From assembly GCA_963812235.1 (NCBI GenBank), contig CAWEUP010000022.1:50925-114924 (forward strand): a stretch of 64,000 bases of DNA. The letters run 5' to 3'. Below the pieces are notes generated by a model. It saw only the letters and a list, made by a program, of their open reading frames with translations, did no database searches and was not told where the DNA came from. Of the stretch, positions 51,007 to 60,600 are shown piece by piece; the first letter of the stretch is position 1; every line of letters begins with the position of its first letter. Both the position numbers and the translations under genes were made by a program. This DNA comes from an uncultured Actinomycetota bacterium (GTDB lineage: Bacteria > Actinomycetota > Actinomycetes > Propionibacteriales > Nocardioidaceae).

Positions 51007-52206
51007 ATGCATGGTGCGCTTCCTCTGGACGACGTCCGAGTGGTGGAGCTGGGTCAGCTTCTCGCGGGGCCGTTCTGCGGTCAGCTGCTGGGAGACTTCG
51101 GCGCCGAGGTGGTCAAGGTCGAGGACCCGGGGAGTGGGGACCCGATGCGGCAGTGGGGCCGTGAGAAGCCCTACGGGCAGTCGCTGTGGTGGCCGGTGGT
51201 CGCGCGGAACAAGAAGTCGATCACTGCGGACTTGCGGACCGCGCAGGGCCAGGACCTCGTCCGGCGTCTGATCGCCACGGCGGACGTGTTGATCGAGAAC
51301 TTCCGTCCGGGAACGCTCGAGCGGTGGGGTCTCGCCCCGGAGCAGCTGTGGGAGCTCAACCCCGGCCTGGTGATCACCAGGGTGACCGGCTTCGGCCAGA
51401 GTGGCCCGTACTCCTCGCGCGCCGGCTACGGCTCGATCGGAGAGGCGATGGGCGGCATCCGCTACGTCACCGGGGACCCCGACCGTCCTCCCGCACGCGC
51501 CGGCATCTCGTTGGGCGACTCGCTGGCAGCGACCTTCGCCTGCCTGGGCACGTTGGTGGCGCTGCACCAGCGGGACCGCACCGGTCGCGGGCAGGTCGTC
51601 GACTCGGCCATCTACGAAGCCGTGCTGGCGATGATGGAGTCCCTGGTGCCCGAGTACCAGGTCGCGGGCTACCAGCGTGAGCGCACCGGCACCACGCTGC
51701 CGAACGTGTCGCCCAGCAACGTCTACCCGACCGTGGACGGCGAGATGGTGTTGATCGCGGCCAACCAGGACACCGTCTTCCGAAGGCTCACCACCGTGAT
51801 GGGTCGACCCGAGCTCGCCACCGACGAGCGCTACGCCACACACGGGGCCCGAGGCCAGTGGATGGAACAGCTGGACGGCGTGATCGCCGAGTGGAGCTCG
51901 ACGTTGGAGGCGGACGAGCTCTTGGAGCGGTTGCACGCCGAGGGTGTCCCGGCCGGGCGGATCTTCCGGGCCAAGGACATGTTCGAGGACGCTCACTTCG
52001 CTGCCCGCGAGGCGATCGTTCGATTGACCCATCCCGAGCTGGGGGAGTTCGCGATGCACAACGTCGTTCCCAAGCTCTCCGAGACCCCCGGAAGGGTCCG
52101 CCACGTCGGCCCGACGCTTGGTGAGCACAACGAAGAAATCTACCGTGACCTGCTGGGCCTTGACGACGACATGATGTCGTCGCTGCGCTCCGCCGGCGTC
52201 ATCTGA
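51007..52206 (+). CDS. CaiB/BaiF family III CoA-transferase
   Basis: LAGPFCG.LLGDFGAEVVKVE, RNKKS, ENFRPG, LGEHN. Confidence 0.94.
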   Translation: MHGALPLDDVRVVELGQLLAGPFCGQLLGDFGAEVVKVEDPGSGDPMRQWGREKPYGQSLWWPVVARNKKSITADLRTAQGQDLVRRLIATADVLIENFRPGTLERWGLAPEQLWELNPGLVITRVTGFGQSGPYSSRAGYGSIGEAMGGIRYVTGDPDRPPARAGISLGDSLAATFACLGTLVALHQRDRTGRGQVVDSAIYEAVLAMMESLVPEYQVAGYQRERTGTTLPNVSPSNVYPTVDGEMVLIAANQDTVFRRLTTVMGRPELATDERYATHGARGQWMEQLDGVIAEWSSTLEADELLERLHAEGVPAGRIFRAKDMFEDAHFAAREAIVRLTHPELGEFAMHNVVPKLSETPGRVRHVGPTLGEHNEEIYRDLLGLDDDMMSSLRSAGVI

Positions 52207-52215
52207 GGAGAAGAC

Positions 52216-54291
52216 ATGACTTACCGGCTTGGCGTCGATGTCGGCGGCACCTTCACCGACATCCTGCTGATCAACGAGGAGACCGGGGCGACCCACCGGG
52301 CGAAGACCGCGTCCACCCCGGAGGACCAGTCCGTCGGCGTACTGCGGGGCATCGAGCGTGCCTGCGGTGTCGCCGGGGTCACCATGACCGAGATCAGTGA
52401 GGTCTTCCACGGCACGACGGTGGCGACCAACGCCATCTTGGAGGGCAAGGGCGCCAGGGTCGGCCTGGTCACCACGGATGGCTTCCGCCAGGTCCTCCAG
52501 ATCGCGCGCTCGTTCGTGCCCGGCGGCCTCGCAGGGTGGATCATCTGGCCCAAGCCGGAGCCGCTGGCCGCGCTCGAGGACACCGTCGAGGTACGCGGGC
52601 GCATCGGTAGCGACGGAGGGGTCGTCACCGAGCTCGACGAGGACGACGCGCGCGCCAAGCTGAGAGTCCTCAAGGATCAGGGCATCGAGGCGCTCAGCAT
52701 CAGCCTGATCAACTCCTACGCCAACCCCGACCACGAGCGCCGCCTCGGGGAGCTGGCCGCGGAGGAGCTGCCCGGCGTGGCTGTCTCGCTCTCCTCCTCG
52801 GTGCTCCCGGAGCTGCGGGAGTACGAGCGGACCATCACCACGGTCGCGAACGCCGCCGTGCAGCCGCAGGTGGCCCGCTACGTGGCCAACCTCGAGTCGC
52901 AGCTGCGCGAGTCCGGGGTCGACGGAAAGCTGTACATCCTGCGCAGCGACGGCGGCCTGGTCTCGGCCTCGGTCGCCGCGGACAACCCCGTCAACCTGCT
53001 GCTCTCCGGCCCCGCCGGCGGTGTCACGGGTGCGACCTGGGTGGCCGAGCAGGCCGGTTTCCGGGACTTCCTCACCTTCGACATGGGCGGGACGTCCACC
53101 GACGTCGCCCTGGTCCAGGACCTCACCCCACGAGTGGGTCGCGAAACGACTGTGGGCGACCTCAAGGTGCGCGCCACCTCGGTCGACGTGCGCACGGTCG
53201 GCGCGGGTGGCGGCTCGATCGCCCACGTCCCCCCGCTCACCCAGGCACTGCGGGTCGGCCCGCAGTCCGCCGGAGCCTCTCCCGGCCCTGCGGCGTACGC
53301 CGCAGGCGGCGAGGACCCGACGGTCACCGACGCCAACGTCGTGCTCGGCTACCTGCCCAGCGACCTTGCCGGTGGTGAGATCACCCTCGACCGTGAGGCC
53401 GCCCGCGCCTCGGTGAAGTCGATCGCGGACGCCACCAGCCTGGAGACGATCGAGGCGGCTGCGGCCGGGATCATCGACATCGTCAACGAGAACATGTTCG
53501 GCGCGCTGCGGCTGGTCTCCATCCAGCAGGGTTTCGATCCCCGCGACTTCGCCCTGGTCGCCTTCGGAGGTGCGGGTCCGCTGCACGCCAACGCTCTCGG
53601 CAGGCTGACCGGTGCGTGGCCAGTCATCATCCCGCCTTCGCCCGGCGTCCTGTGCGCCTACGGGGATGCGACCACGAACCTGCGCGACGAGTCGGTCCGG
53701 ACGCTCGTGCGACGCTTCGACGACTTCACCGACGACAGCCTGCACGCGATCCTCGCCGAGCTCGCCACGACTTCCCGGGCCACCCTGACCCAGGAAGGGG
53801 TGGCCGAGTCCGACCAGCAGGTCGTCTACTCCGCTGACCTTCGCTACCACGGTCAGGGCTTCGAGATCCCCGTGACGATCGACATCGACACCTTCGACGG
53901 CAACGGTGGCGGCATTTCCGCACTGCGGGCCGCCTTCGACGTCGAACACCAGAGGCTCTTCTCCTTCGTCCTCGATGCCGAGCACGAGATCGTCACGGTT
54001 CGAGCGACCGCGAACGGGCCCAAACCTGATGTGGCGGCGCCGGAGCTCGAACAGGGCGACGTCGACCCGGGAGACGCGTTGCGAGACCGTCACGACATCT
54101 GGGTCGAGGGCGCCGAGGTGGAGGCTGCGGTCTACGACCGTGCGCTTCTGCGTGCGGGCAACGTCGTGACGGGTCCCGCGATCGTCACCGAGATGGATTC
54201 CACCACGCTCGTCCTTCCGGGTCACGCCGCCACCGTGCACCCGAGCGGCAGCCTCCTCATCCGCCCCGTCGAGCCGAACACGGAGAACTGA
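52216..54291 (+). CDS. Hydantoinase/oxoprolinase subunit A
   Basis: GVDVGGTFTD, HGTTVATNA, DMGGTSTD, GAGGGSIA, FGGAGPLHA. Confidence 0.95.
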   Translation: MTYRLGVDVGGTFTDILLINEETGATHRAKTASTPEDQSVGVLRGIERACGVAGVTMTEISEVFHGTTVATNAILEGKGARVGLVTTDGFRQVLQIARSFVPGGLAGWIIWPKPEPLAALEDTVEVRGRIGSDGGVVTELDEDDARAKLRVLKDQGIEALSISLINSYANPDHERRLGELAAEELPGVAVSLSSSVLPELREYERTITTVANAAVQPQVARYVANLESQLRESGVDGKLYILRSDGGLVSASVAADNPVNLLLSGPAGGVTGATWVAEQAGFRDFLTFDMGGTSTDVALVQDLTPRVGRETTVGDLKVRATSVDVRTVGAGGGSIAHVPPLTQALRVGPQSAGASPGPAAYAAGGEDPTVTDANVVLGYLPSDLAGGEITLDREAARASVKSIADATSLETIEAAAAGIIDIVNENMFGALRLVSIQQGFDPRDFALVAFGGAGPLHANALGRLTGAWPVIIPPSPGVLCAYGDATTNLRDESVRTLVRRFDDFTDDSLHAILAELATTSRATLTQEGVAESDQQVVYSADLRYHGQGFEIPVTIDIDTFDGNGGGISALRAAFDVEHQRLFSFVLDAEHEIVTVRATANGPKPDVAAPELEQGDVDPGDALRDRHDIWVEGAEVEAAVYDRALLRAGNVVTGPAIVTEMDSTTLVLPGHAATVHPSGSLLIRPVEPNTEN

Positions 54292-54293
54292 CC

Positions 54294-56167
54294 ATGGCAC
54301 GCCTGATCCAGACCGCAACCGAACCACTGCGCACTGTCGATGTCGACGTGGTCACCCTCGACCTCGTCGAGAACGCGCTGCGCAACGCCCGCTACGAGAT
54401 GGACGAAGTGCTCTTCCGCACCGCGCTGTCACCGGGCATCCGCGAGCAGCACGACGAGTTCCCGCTGATCGCCAACTCCGAGGGGAAGATGATGGTCGGC
54501 CAGTTCGGCCTCTCCATCCCCGACTTCCTCGAGAACTTCGACGGCACCATCGAGGAGGGCGACGTCCTGCTCACCTCCGATCCGTACTCCTGCGGCGCGG
54601 CGATCAGTCACGCCAACGACTGGCTGGTGGTGATGCCGATCTTCTTCGAGGGGCGCATCGTCGGGTGGTCGGCGATGTTCGGCCACATGTCCGACGTCGG
54701 CGGCAAGTCGCCGGCCTCGATGCCCACCGATGCCCGCACGATCTTCGAGGAGGGCGTGATCATCCCGCCCTTCCGCCTCTACAAGAAGGGCGTGCTCGAC
54801 GACGACGCACTGCGGATCATCCTCAACCAGGTCCGCAAGCCCGACTGGAACCGGGCCGACCTCAACGGCATCGTCGCGGCTTGCCGCACCGCTGGACGCA
54901 GGGTCCAGGAGCTGTGCGCCCGGTTCGGGGTGGACACCTACAACTCCGCCCTCGACCTGCTGCTCGACCGCAACTACCGAGCCATGAAGACCCTGCTGGC
55001 GATGGTCTTCAAGGAGGGCGAGACGCTCTCGTTCACCGACTACATCTGCGACGACGGCCTCGGTTACGGACCCTACGAGCTCAAGCTCAGCCTCACCCGG
55101 ACCGGCGACAAGGTCCTGCTGGACTTCACCGGCAGCAGTGCGCAGGCGCAGGGACCGATCAACTACTACATCAACGAGAACCTGGTCCGGATGTTCTTCG
55201 GGATCTACATGATCACCGTCGCGGACCCGCAGATCCTCTGGAACGACGGGTTCTACCCACTCGTGGACGTCGAGATCCCCGACGACTCCTTCTGGAAGCC
55301 GAAGTACCCCGCCGCCCTCAACGCCCGCAACCACGGCATCGGACGGGTCTTCGACCTCTTCGGTGGTCTGCTGGGGCAGACGAACCCCGACCTGCTCAAC
55401 GCCGGCGGGGTTCTCGTCCTCGCCACACTTCATGTACTCGGGCAACTACGGCGAGGGTGACCGCAAGGGCGAGTGGTTCCAGCTCTACTCGATCGGGTTC
55501 GGCGGCATCCCCGGCCGCCCGATCGGCGACGGCCCTGACGGGCACTCGCTGTGGCCCTCCTTCGTGAACATCCCGTGCGAGTACCTCGAGTCCTACTACC
55601 CGCTGCGGATCGAGCGCTGGGAGACCGTCTCCGACAGCGGCGGCGCAGGCCTGCACCGTGGCGGCAACGCGGTCGACGTCGCCTATCGCTTCCTGGAGGC
55701 CGGCACCATCGCGATCCACGACGACCGCTGGCTGACCTATCCCTGGGGCGTCAACGGAGGCGAGCCCGGGGCCCGTAGCCGGAAGTGGCTCGAACGGACG
55801 GATGGAAGCACCGAGATGCTCGGAAGCAAGGTCCACGACGTCCCCGTCTCGCCCGGCGACCTGCTCCACTTCGTGACCTGGGGTGGCGGCGGCTGGGGAG
55901 ACCCGCTCGCCCGCGACCCCGAGATCGTCGGTCTCGAGGTGCGTCGCGGCCTGGTGACGGCCGAAGGAGCCCGTCGCTACGGCGTGGTGTGCGACGAGAC
56001 GGGCAGCGTCGACACGACTGCGAGTGCCGACCTCCGGGAGGAGCTCGGTCGCGGACGCGATGAGCCGCTGCCGACCTTCGACATGGGTCCGCCCCTGGCC
56101 ACGATCCTCGAGCGATGCCTGGAGGAGACCGGGTCTGCCGGCACCCCAGGCGCCGGTCGCCTGGTAA
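54294..56167 (+). CDS. Hydantoinase B/oxoprolinase subunit B, frameshifted
   Basis: SDPY..SHAND, GHMSDVGG, NIPCEYLE..YPL, DSGGAG..RGG, GGGGWGDP. Confidence 0.93.
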
Positions 56168-56171
56168 GCCG

Positions 56172-56786
56172 GTGGCCGCGCGGATCGACCAGGGGTTCGG
56201 CGGTGAGCTGCGACCCGGCGCCCGCCCGGCCGTGCTCGCCATCGACCTGATGCGGGCGTACTTCGACCCGACCAGCCCGTTCTGCCTGCCGTCCACGGAC
56301 TGCCTGCGGTCCGCCGGAAGGATCCTGGTGTCGGCCAGGGAGCACCACGTGCCCGTGGTGCACACCCGGGTGGTCTACGGGCCCGGGGGAGTCGACGGGG
56401 GTGTCTTCGTCCGCAAGGTGACGGCGCTGAGCAACCTGATCGGCGAGGGGCCGATGAGCGAGCTGATGCCCGAGGTGGCGCCGACCGAGGACGAGCTGGT
56501 CCTGGTCAAGCAGTACGCCAGCGCGTTCTTCGGAACCTCCTTGGCCTCCACGCTTCGCGCACAAGGCGTCGACACGGTGGTCATCGTGGGGGTGAGCACC
56601 AGCGGGTGTGTGCGGGCTACCGCGGTCGACGCCATCCAGCACGGGTTCATCCCCCTGGTGGTCCGGGACGCTGTCGGCGACCGGGATCAGGGGCCGCACG
56701 AGGCGAATCTCTACGACCTGCAGGCGAAGTACGCCGAGGTGGTCGACGAGGCCACGGCGTTGGGCTACCTCGAGGAGCAACAGTGA
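56172..56786 (+). CDS. Isochorismatase-family cysteine hydrolase (N-carbamoylsarcosine/maleamate amidase-like)
   Basis: AID, KQYASAFFGT, GVSTSGCVRAT. Confidence 0.9.
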   Translation: MAARIDQGFGGELRPGARPAVLAIDLMRAYFDPTSPFCLPSTDCLRSAGRILVSAREHHVPVVHTRVVYGPGGVDGGVFVRKVTALSNLIGEGPMSELMPEVAPTEDELVLVKQYASAFFGTSLASTLRAQGVDTVVIVGVSTSGCVRATAVDAIQHGFIPLVVRDAVGDRDQGPHEANLYDLQAKYAEVVDEATALGYLEEQQ

Positions 56787-57682
56787 ACACCAGCGTCGAC
56801 ATCGTCGAGGTCTCGCCGCGGGATGGTCTGCAGAACGAGTCCGTGGTCCTCTCGACCGAGGACAAGATCGAGCTGGTCGAGCGCGCGGTGAGTGCGGGCG
56901 CCAGACGGATCGAGGTGACCAGCTTCGTCAATCCTTCCAGGGTGCCGCAGATGGCCGACGCGGACGAGTTGATGGCTGCCCTGCCGCGTCATGAGGGGGT
57001 CAGCTATGCGGGCCTCGTGATGAACCACCGTGGCCTCGAGCGGGCGATGGCGGCGCGGGTCGACGAGATCGACGTGGTGGTGGTCGCCACGGACACCTTC
57101 TGCGACCGCAACCAGGGAATGACCTCAGCCCAGGCGTGTGCGACCGCTGCTGAGCTCGTGCAGGAAGCCCGGGCAGCCGGCGTCTTCACGACGATCACGG
57201 TCGGGGCGTCGTTCGGCTGTCCCTTCGAGGGCGAGGTGCCGATCGACCTTCTGCGTGAGGTGCTGGCGCAGGTCGTCGACGCCGGGCCGGACGAGCTCGC
57301 CCTCGCCGACACGATCGGGGTCGCCGTACCTTCCGAGGTCTCTGACCGGCTCATCCTGGCCAGGGAGCTCGCCGGGGCCGCGATGCCGCTGCGCCTGCAT
57401 CTGCACGACACCCGACACACGGGGGTGGCCAACGCGGTCGCGGCGGTCCAGGCAGGCGTGACCACGCTCGACGCGAGCATCGGCGGCGCAGGTGGCTGCC
57501 CCTTCGCCCCCAGCGCGACCGGCAACGTGGCCACCGAAGATCTGGTCTACCTCTTCGATCGGATGGGGATCACCACCGGGCTCGACCTGGCCTCCGTCAC
57601 GGCGACTACGGCGTGGCTCGAGCAGCGACTGGGCAAACAGCTGCCGGGGGCGTTGCTGCGAGCCGGCGCCTTCCCCGGTTGA
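56783..57682 (+). CDS. HMG-CoA lyase-family protein
   Basis: EVSPRDGLQNE, LADTIG, HLHDT, GGCPFAP.ATGNVATED. Confidence 0.93.
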   Translation: MNTSVDIVEVSPRDGLQNESVVLSTEDKIELVERAVSAGARRIEVTSFVNPSRVPQMADADELMAALPRHEGVSYAGLVMNHRGLERAMAARVDEIDVVVVATDTFCDRNQGMTSAQACATAAELVQEARAAGVFTTITVGASFGCPFEGEVPIDLLREVLAQVVDAGPDELALADTIGVAVPSEVSDRLILARELAGAAMPLRLHLHDTRHTGVANAVAAVQAGVTTLDASIGGAGGCPFAPSATGNVATEDLVYLFDRMGITTGLDLASVTATTAWLEQRLGKQLPGALLRAGAFPG

Positions 57683-57743
57683 GGTCCGTCTGCTGAAGCG
57701 GAGGCTGTCGTCGGTTCGCGCTCTGGTCTGTTGTCACGCGGGA

Positions 57744-58064
57744 TCAGGCGTGAGGCACGGCTGCTTCTCCTGCGCTGAGCACGGCTCGGAGCTGGTCCAT
57801 CGTCGGCGCACCTGCTGGGCCCTCCGGGGTGCGGTAGACCCGGCACGACAGCCCGACCCCGTCACCGGGCTCGGCGAAGACGTCGACGCCGTCCAACAGG
57901 ATGCTCGGTGAGCCGTGGAAGCTCATCCGCTCAGCCTCATCCGGCGTCTCGACCCGCTGTCGCGACACCGTCAGGTCCGCGCGCTCGGCGGCGATGGCGG
58001 TCAGCCGCTCGTCGGCGATCCTCCAGCTCGGGCAGCCGTCGAAGTACAGCAAGGTGACCTCCAT
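57744..58064 (-). CDS. Thioredoxin-like protein (type found near mercury/metal genes)
   Basis: LLYFDGCPSW, FHGSPSILLDGVD, LSCRVY. Confidence 0.75.
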   Translation of the reverse strand: MEVTLLYFDGCPSWRIADERLTAIAAERADLTVSRQRVETPDEAERMSFHGSPSILLDGVDVFAEPGDGVGLSCRVYRTPEGPAGAPTMDQLRAVLSAGEAAVPHA

Positions 58065-58123
58065 GCATCGACCGTAGCCCCAACTCCTCGGCGGCGTGTG
58101 GTCCCGGAGGCTAGGGTTCCGGC

Positions 58124-58576
58124 GTGCACCGGTCCGTCGTCGTCTCGGTCGTCCGCTGGTCGCGGCAGGGCCTCTGCTGGACGCTCGCGCTGGCGTTGAG
58201 CCTGATGTGCGTGGTTCTCGGAGCCGGTGCGACCGCACACACGGCACCGATGGCCGGCATGCCCGGCATGGCTGAGTCCTCGATGGTCGTGGCGACTGCC
58301 ACCCCCGCGACTGCGGTCGCCCACGCGGCCACTCCGTCCGCCTGGGAGGCGGCGCCTTCCGCGGGCTCGAGCTGCGAGGGGATCTGCCTCACCGAGATGG
58401 GCGCAGCCTGCGCCGCCGCTCTGGCAGTGATCACCCTGCTGGGGCTGGTGCTGACTTCTCGCCGGAACACCTTCACCGGTCTGCTGGCGCGCGCACGCTC
58501 CCGTGCGCTCCCACGAAGACGCCAGCGGCCATGGTCGCTGCTCTCGCCCTTCTCCTTGTGCGTGCTGCGGGTGTGA
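58124..58576 (+). CDS. Hypothetical Met/His/Cys-containing membrane protein (DUF6153-like)
   Basis: MAGMPGM, C-x3-C, C-terminal LCVLRV. Confidence 0.55.
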   Translation: MHRSVVVSVVRWSRQGLCWTLALALSLMCVVLGAGATAHTAPMAGMPGMAESSMVVATATPATAVAHAATPSAWEAAPSAGSSCEGICLTEMGAACAAALAVITLLGLVLTSRRNTFTGLLARARSRALPRRRQRPWSLLSPFSLCVLRV

Positions 58577-58649
58577 GCGGCCGCTCGGACCTCTCCGAGC
58601 CGAGCCCCCTGCACCCCACCTCCCTCTCTCACACAAGGACCACCACCTC

Positions 58650-59351
58650 ATGGACATGACCATGCGCTCCGCCGTTCCCGACTGGCTCACTCCGGTCGCC
58701 TGGACCTACATCACCCTGTCGTTGCTCAGCTCCGTCATCATCGCCGTCGACATCTACCTGCTCCGGCGCCGTCATCGCGGTGTCGCCTCAGAGCTGGTGT
58801 GGATCACTTCTGCGCTCTACCTCGGACCGTTCGGCGTCATCGCCTACCTGCGTCGCGGGCGAGCCAACCCCGCCTCCTCGACCGGTAGAACCGGCCACGC
58901 CGAGGACGCTGCCGACGGGCCGGCCGTCGCCGTGCTCCCCGGCGGAAGCGCGTCCGCCGTGGCCCACCTGGTGGCCGTGCCGCTGGTGGTGGCGGTGGGC
59001 TGGACGATCGCAGGTATGGCGATGTGGCCGATGATGCTCGTCATCGCGGTCCTCGCGGTCGTCATGCTGGCCGTCTACGAGCGGGTAGCCAGCCGGCAGT
59101 TCGGCCACGACCGCGGCATCTCGGTGGGGGCGGCGCTGATGGCCGCGTTCATCACCGTCGCTGCGTTCGACATCGGCATGGTGGGCTGGATGCTGCTGCT
59201 CCACTTCAACAACCTGATGCCGCCGGTGACCGACGGCTCCTTCTGGTTCCTGATGCAGCTGGGAGTCGTCGTCGGCCTCGTCACCGGCTACCCGGCCGTG
59301 AGCTGGCTCCTGCGCCGTCGGCCGTCGGTCGCACCTGTCGTCGTGTCCTGA
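58650..59351 (+). CDS. DUF4396-like membrane protein
   Basis: LVWITSALYLGP, AFDIGMVGWM, FWFLMQLG...GYP. Confidence 0.75.
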   Translation: MDMTMRSAVPDWLTPVAWTYITLSLLSSVIIAVDIYLLRRRHRGVASELVWITSALYLGPFGVIAYLRRGRANPASSTGRTGHAEDAADGPAVAVLPGGSASAVAHLVAVPLVVAVGWTIAGMAMWPMMLVIAVLAVVMLAVYERVASRQFGHDRGISVGAALMAAFITVAAFDIGMVGWMLLLHFNNLMPPVTDGSFWFLMQLGVVVGLVTGYPAVSWLLRRRPSVAPVVVS

Positions 59352-59380
59352 CGGCAGCGCGGGGTGCGCGTGGGGTTACC

Positions 59381-60586
59381 TTGCGCCCTGTGAGGCAAGG
59401 GGCTGACCGGGAAGCGCGCACCACCGCGGATCGGCGGATGTGGCCGCTGTACGCCGCGGGCTTCACCACGGCGTTCGGCGCCCACTCCGTGGCGGCGAAC
59501 CTGGGTGGGTTCTCCGAGGACGCGGTGACGTCGCTGCTGACGCTCGGGCTGCTGCTTGCCGTCTACGACGGTGCCGAGGTGCTGCTCAAACCGCTGTTCG
59601 GGACCATCGCGGACCGCATCGGTGCCCGGCCGGTGCTGCTGGCGGGACTGCTCGGCTTCGCGATCGCCTCCGCGACCTATGTGGTGGCCGACAGCCCTGG
59701 CTGGCTGTGGGTGGCCCGGCTGGGGCAGGGCGCCGCCGCCTCGGCGTTCTCCCCGGCAGCGTCCGCGATGGTGGCCCGGCTCAACCCGACTGCCAAGCAC
59801 GGGCGGGCCTTCGGCAGCTACGGGTTCTACAAGAGCCTCGGCTACACCCTCGGCCCGCTGCTCGGTGGCGCCCTGGTGTGGATCGGCGGGTTCCGGCTGT
59901 TGTTCGCCGCGACCGCGGTTCTCGGTCTGACGGTCGCGGTGTGGGCGGTGCTCGCGGTGCCTGTCGTCCCGCCCCTGCCGCGGGCCCGGCAGACCGTGCT
60001 CGACCTGGGTCGCCGGCTCTCCGACCCGCTGTTCCTCAGGCCCACCATGTCGCTGGCCGGAGCGACCGCGGCACTGTCGGTCGGGGTCGGCTTCCTGCCG
60101 GTGACCGGTGCCGCCGCAGGCATGGGCACGATCACGACCGGCGCCGCCGTCTCGCTGCTGGCGGCGACGGCGGCCCTGGTCCAGCCCTGGGCCGGCCGAG
60201 CACTGGACGCGGGACGACTGAGCGCCCGCGCGGGCATCACGACGGGCCTGCTCCTGGCTGCTCTGGGCCTGGGGTGTGCGGCACTGTCCGGACTCCTAGG
60301 CGTGCTGCTGGCGGCGGTCCTCCTCGGTCTCGGAACCGGGCTGATCACGCCCTTGGCCTTCGCGGCCCTCGCGTCCTCCACCCCTCCGGAGCGGCTCGGT
60401 CAGACCATGGGGTCCGCTGAGGTGGGCCGAGAGCTCGGTGACGCGGGAGGACCGCTGCTGGTGGCGGGGGTCGGGTCGATCGCGGCGCTCAGCTACGGCT
60501 ACGCCACCCTGGCCGCGGTCCTGGCGATCGGACCCACGCTCACCCTGGTCAGCCTGCTCCGGCGTCAGCCCGCTCGACGCCGCTGA
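59381..60586 (+). CDS. MFS transporter (start uncertain)
   Basis: GTIADRIGARPV motif A; about 12 TMs. Confidence 0.88.
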   Translation: MRPVRQGADREARTTADRRMWPLYAAGFTTAFGAHSVAANLGGFSEDAVTSLLTLGLLLAVYDGAEVLLKPLFGTIADRIGARPVLLAGLLGFAIASATYVVADSPGWLWVARLGQGAAASAFSPAASAMVARLNPTAKHGRAFGSYGFYKSLGYTLGPLLGGALVWIGGFRLLFAATAVLGLTVAVWAVLAVPVVPPLPRARQTVLDLGRRLSDPLFLRPTMSLAGATAALSVGVGFLPVTGAAAGMGTITTGAAVSLLAATAALVQPWAGRALDAGRLSARAGITTGLLLAALGLGCAALSGLLGVLLAAVLLGLGTGLITPLAFAALASSTPPERLGQTMGSAEVGRELGDAGGPLLVAGVGSIAALSYGYATLAAVLAIGPTLTLVSLLRRQPARRR

Positions 60587-60600
60587 CTAGGGTCGGATCC

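Noticed and set aside
50992-54327. 1111-aa antisense ORF and other long opposite-strand ORFs
   Set aside because: Stop-poor shadow frames of high-GC genes with no recognisable motifs.
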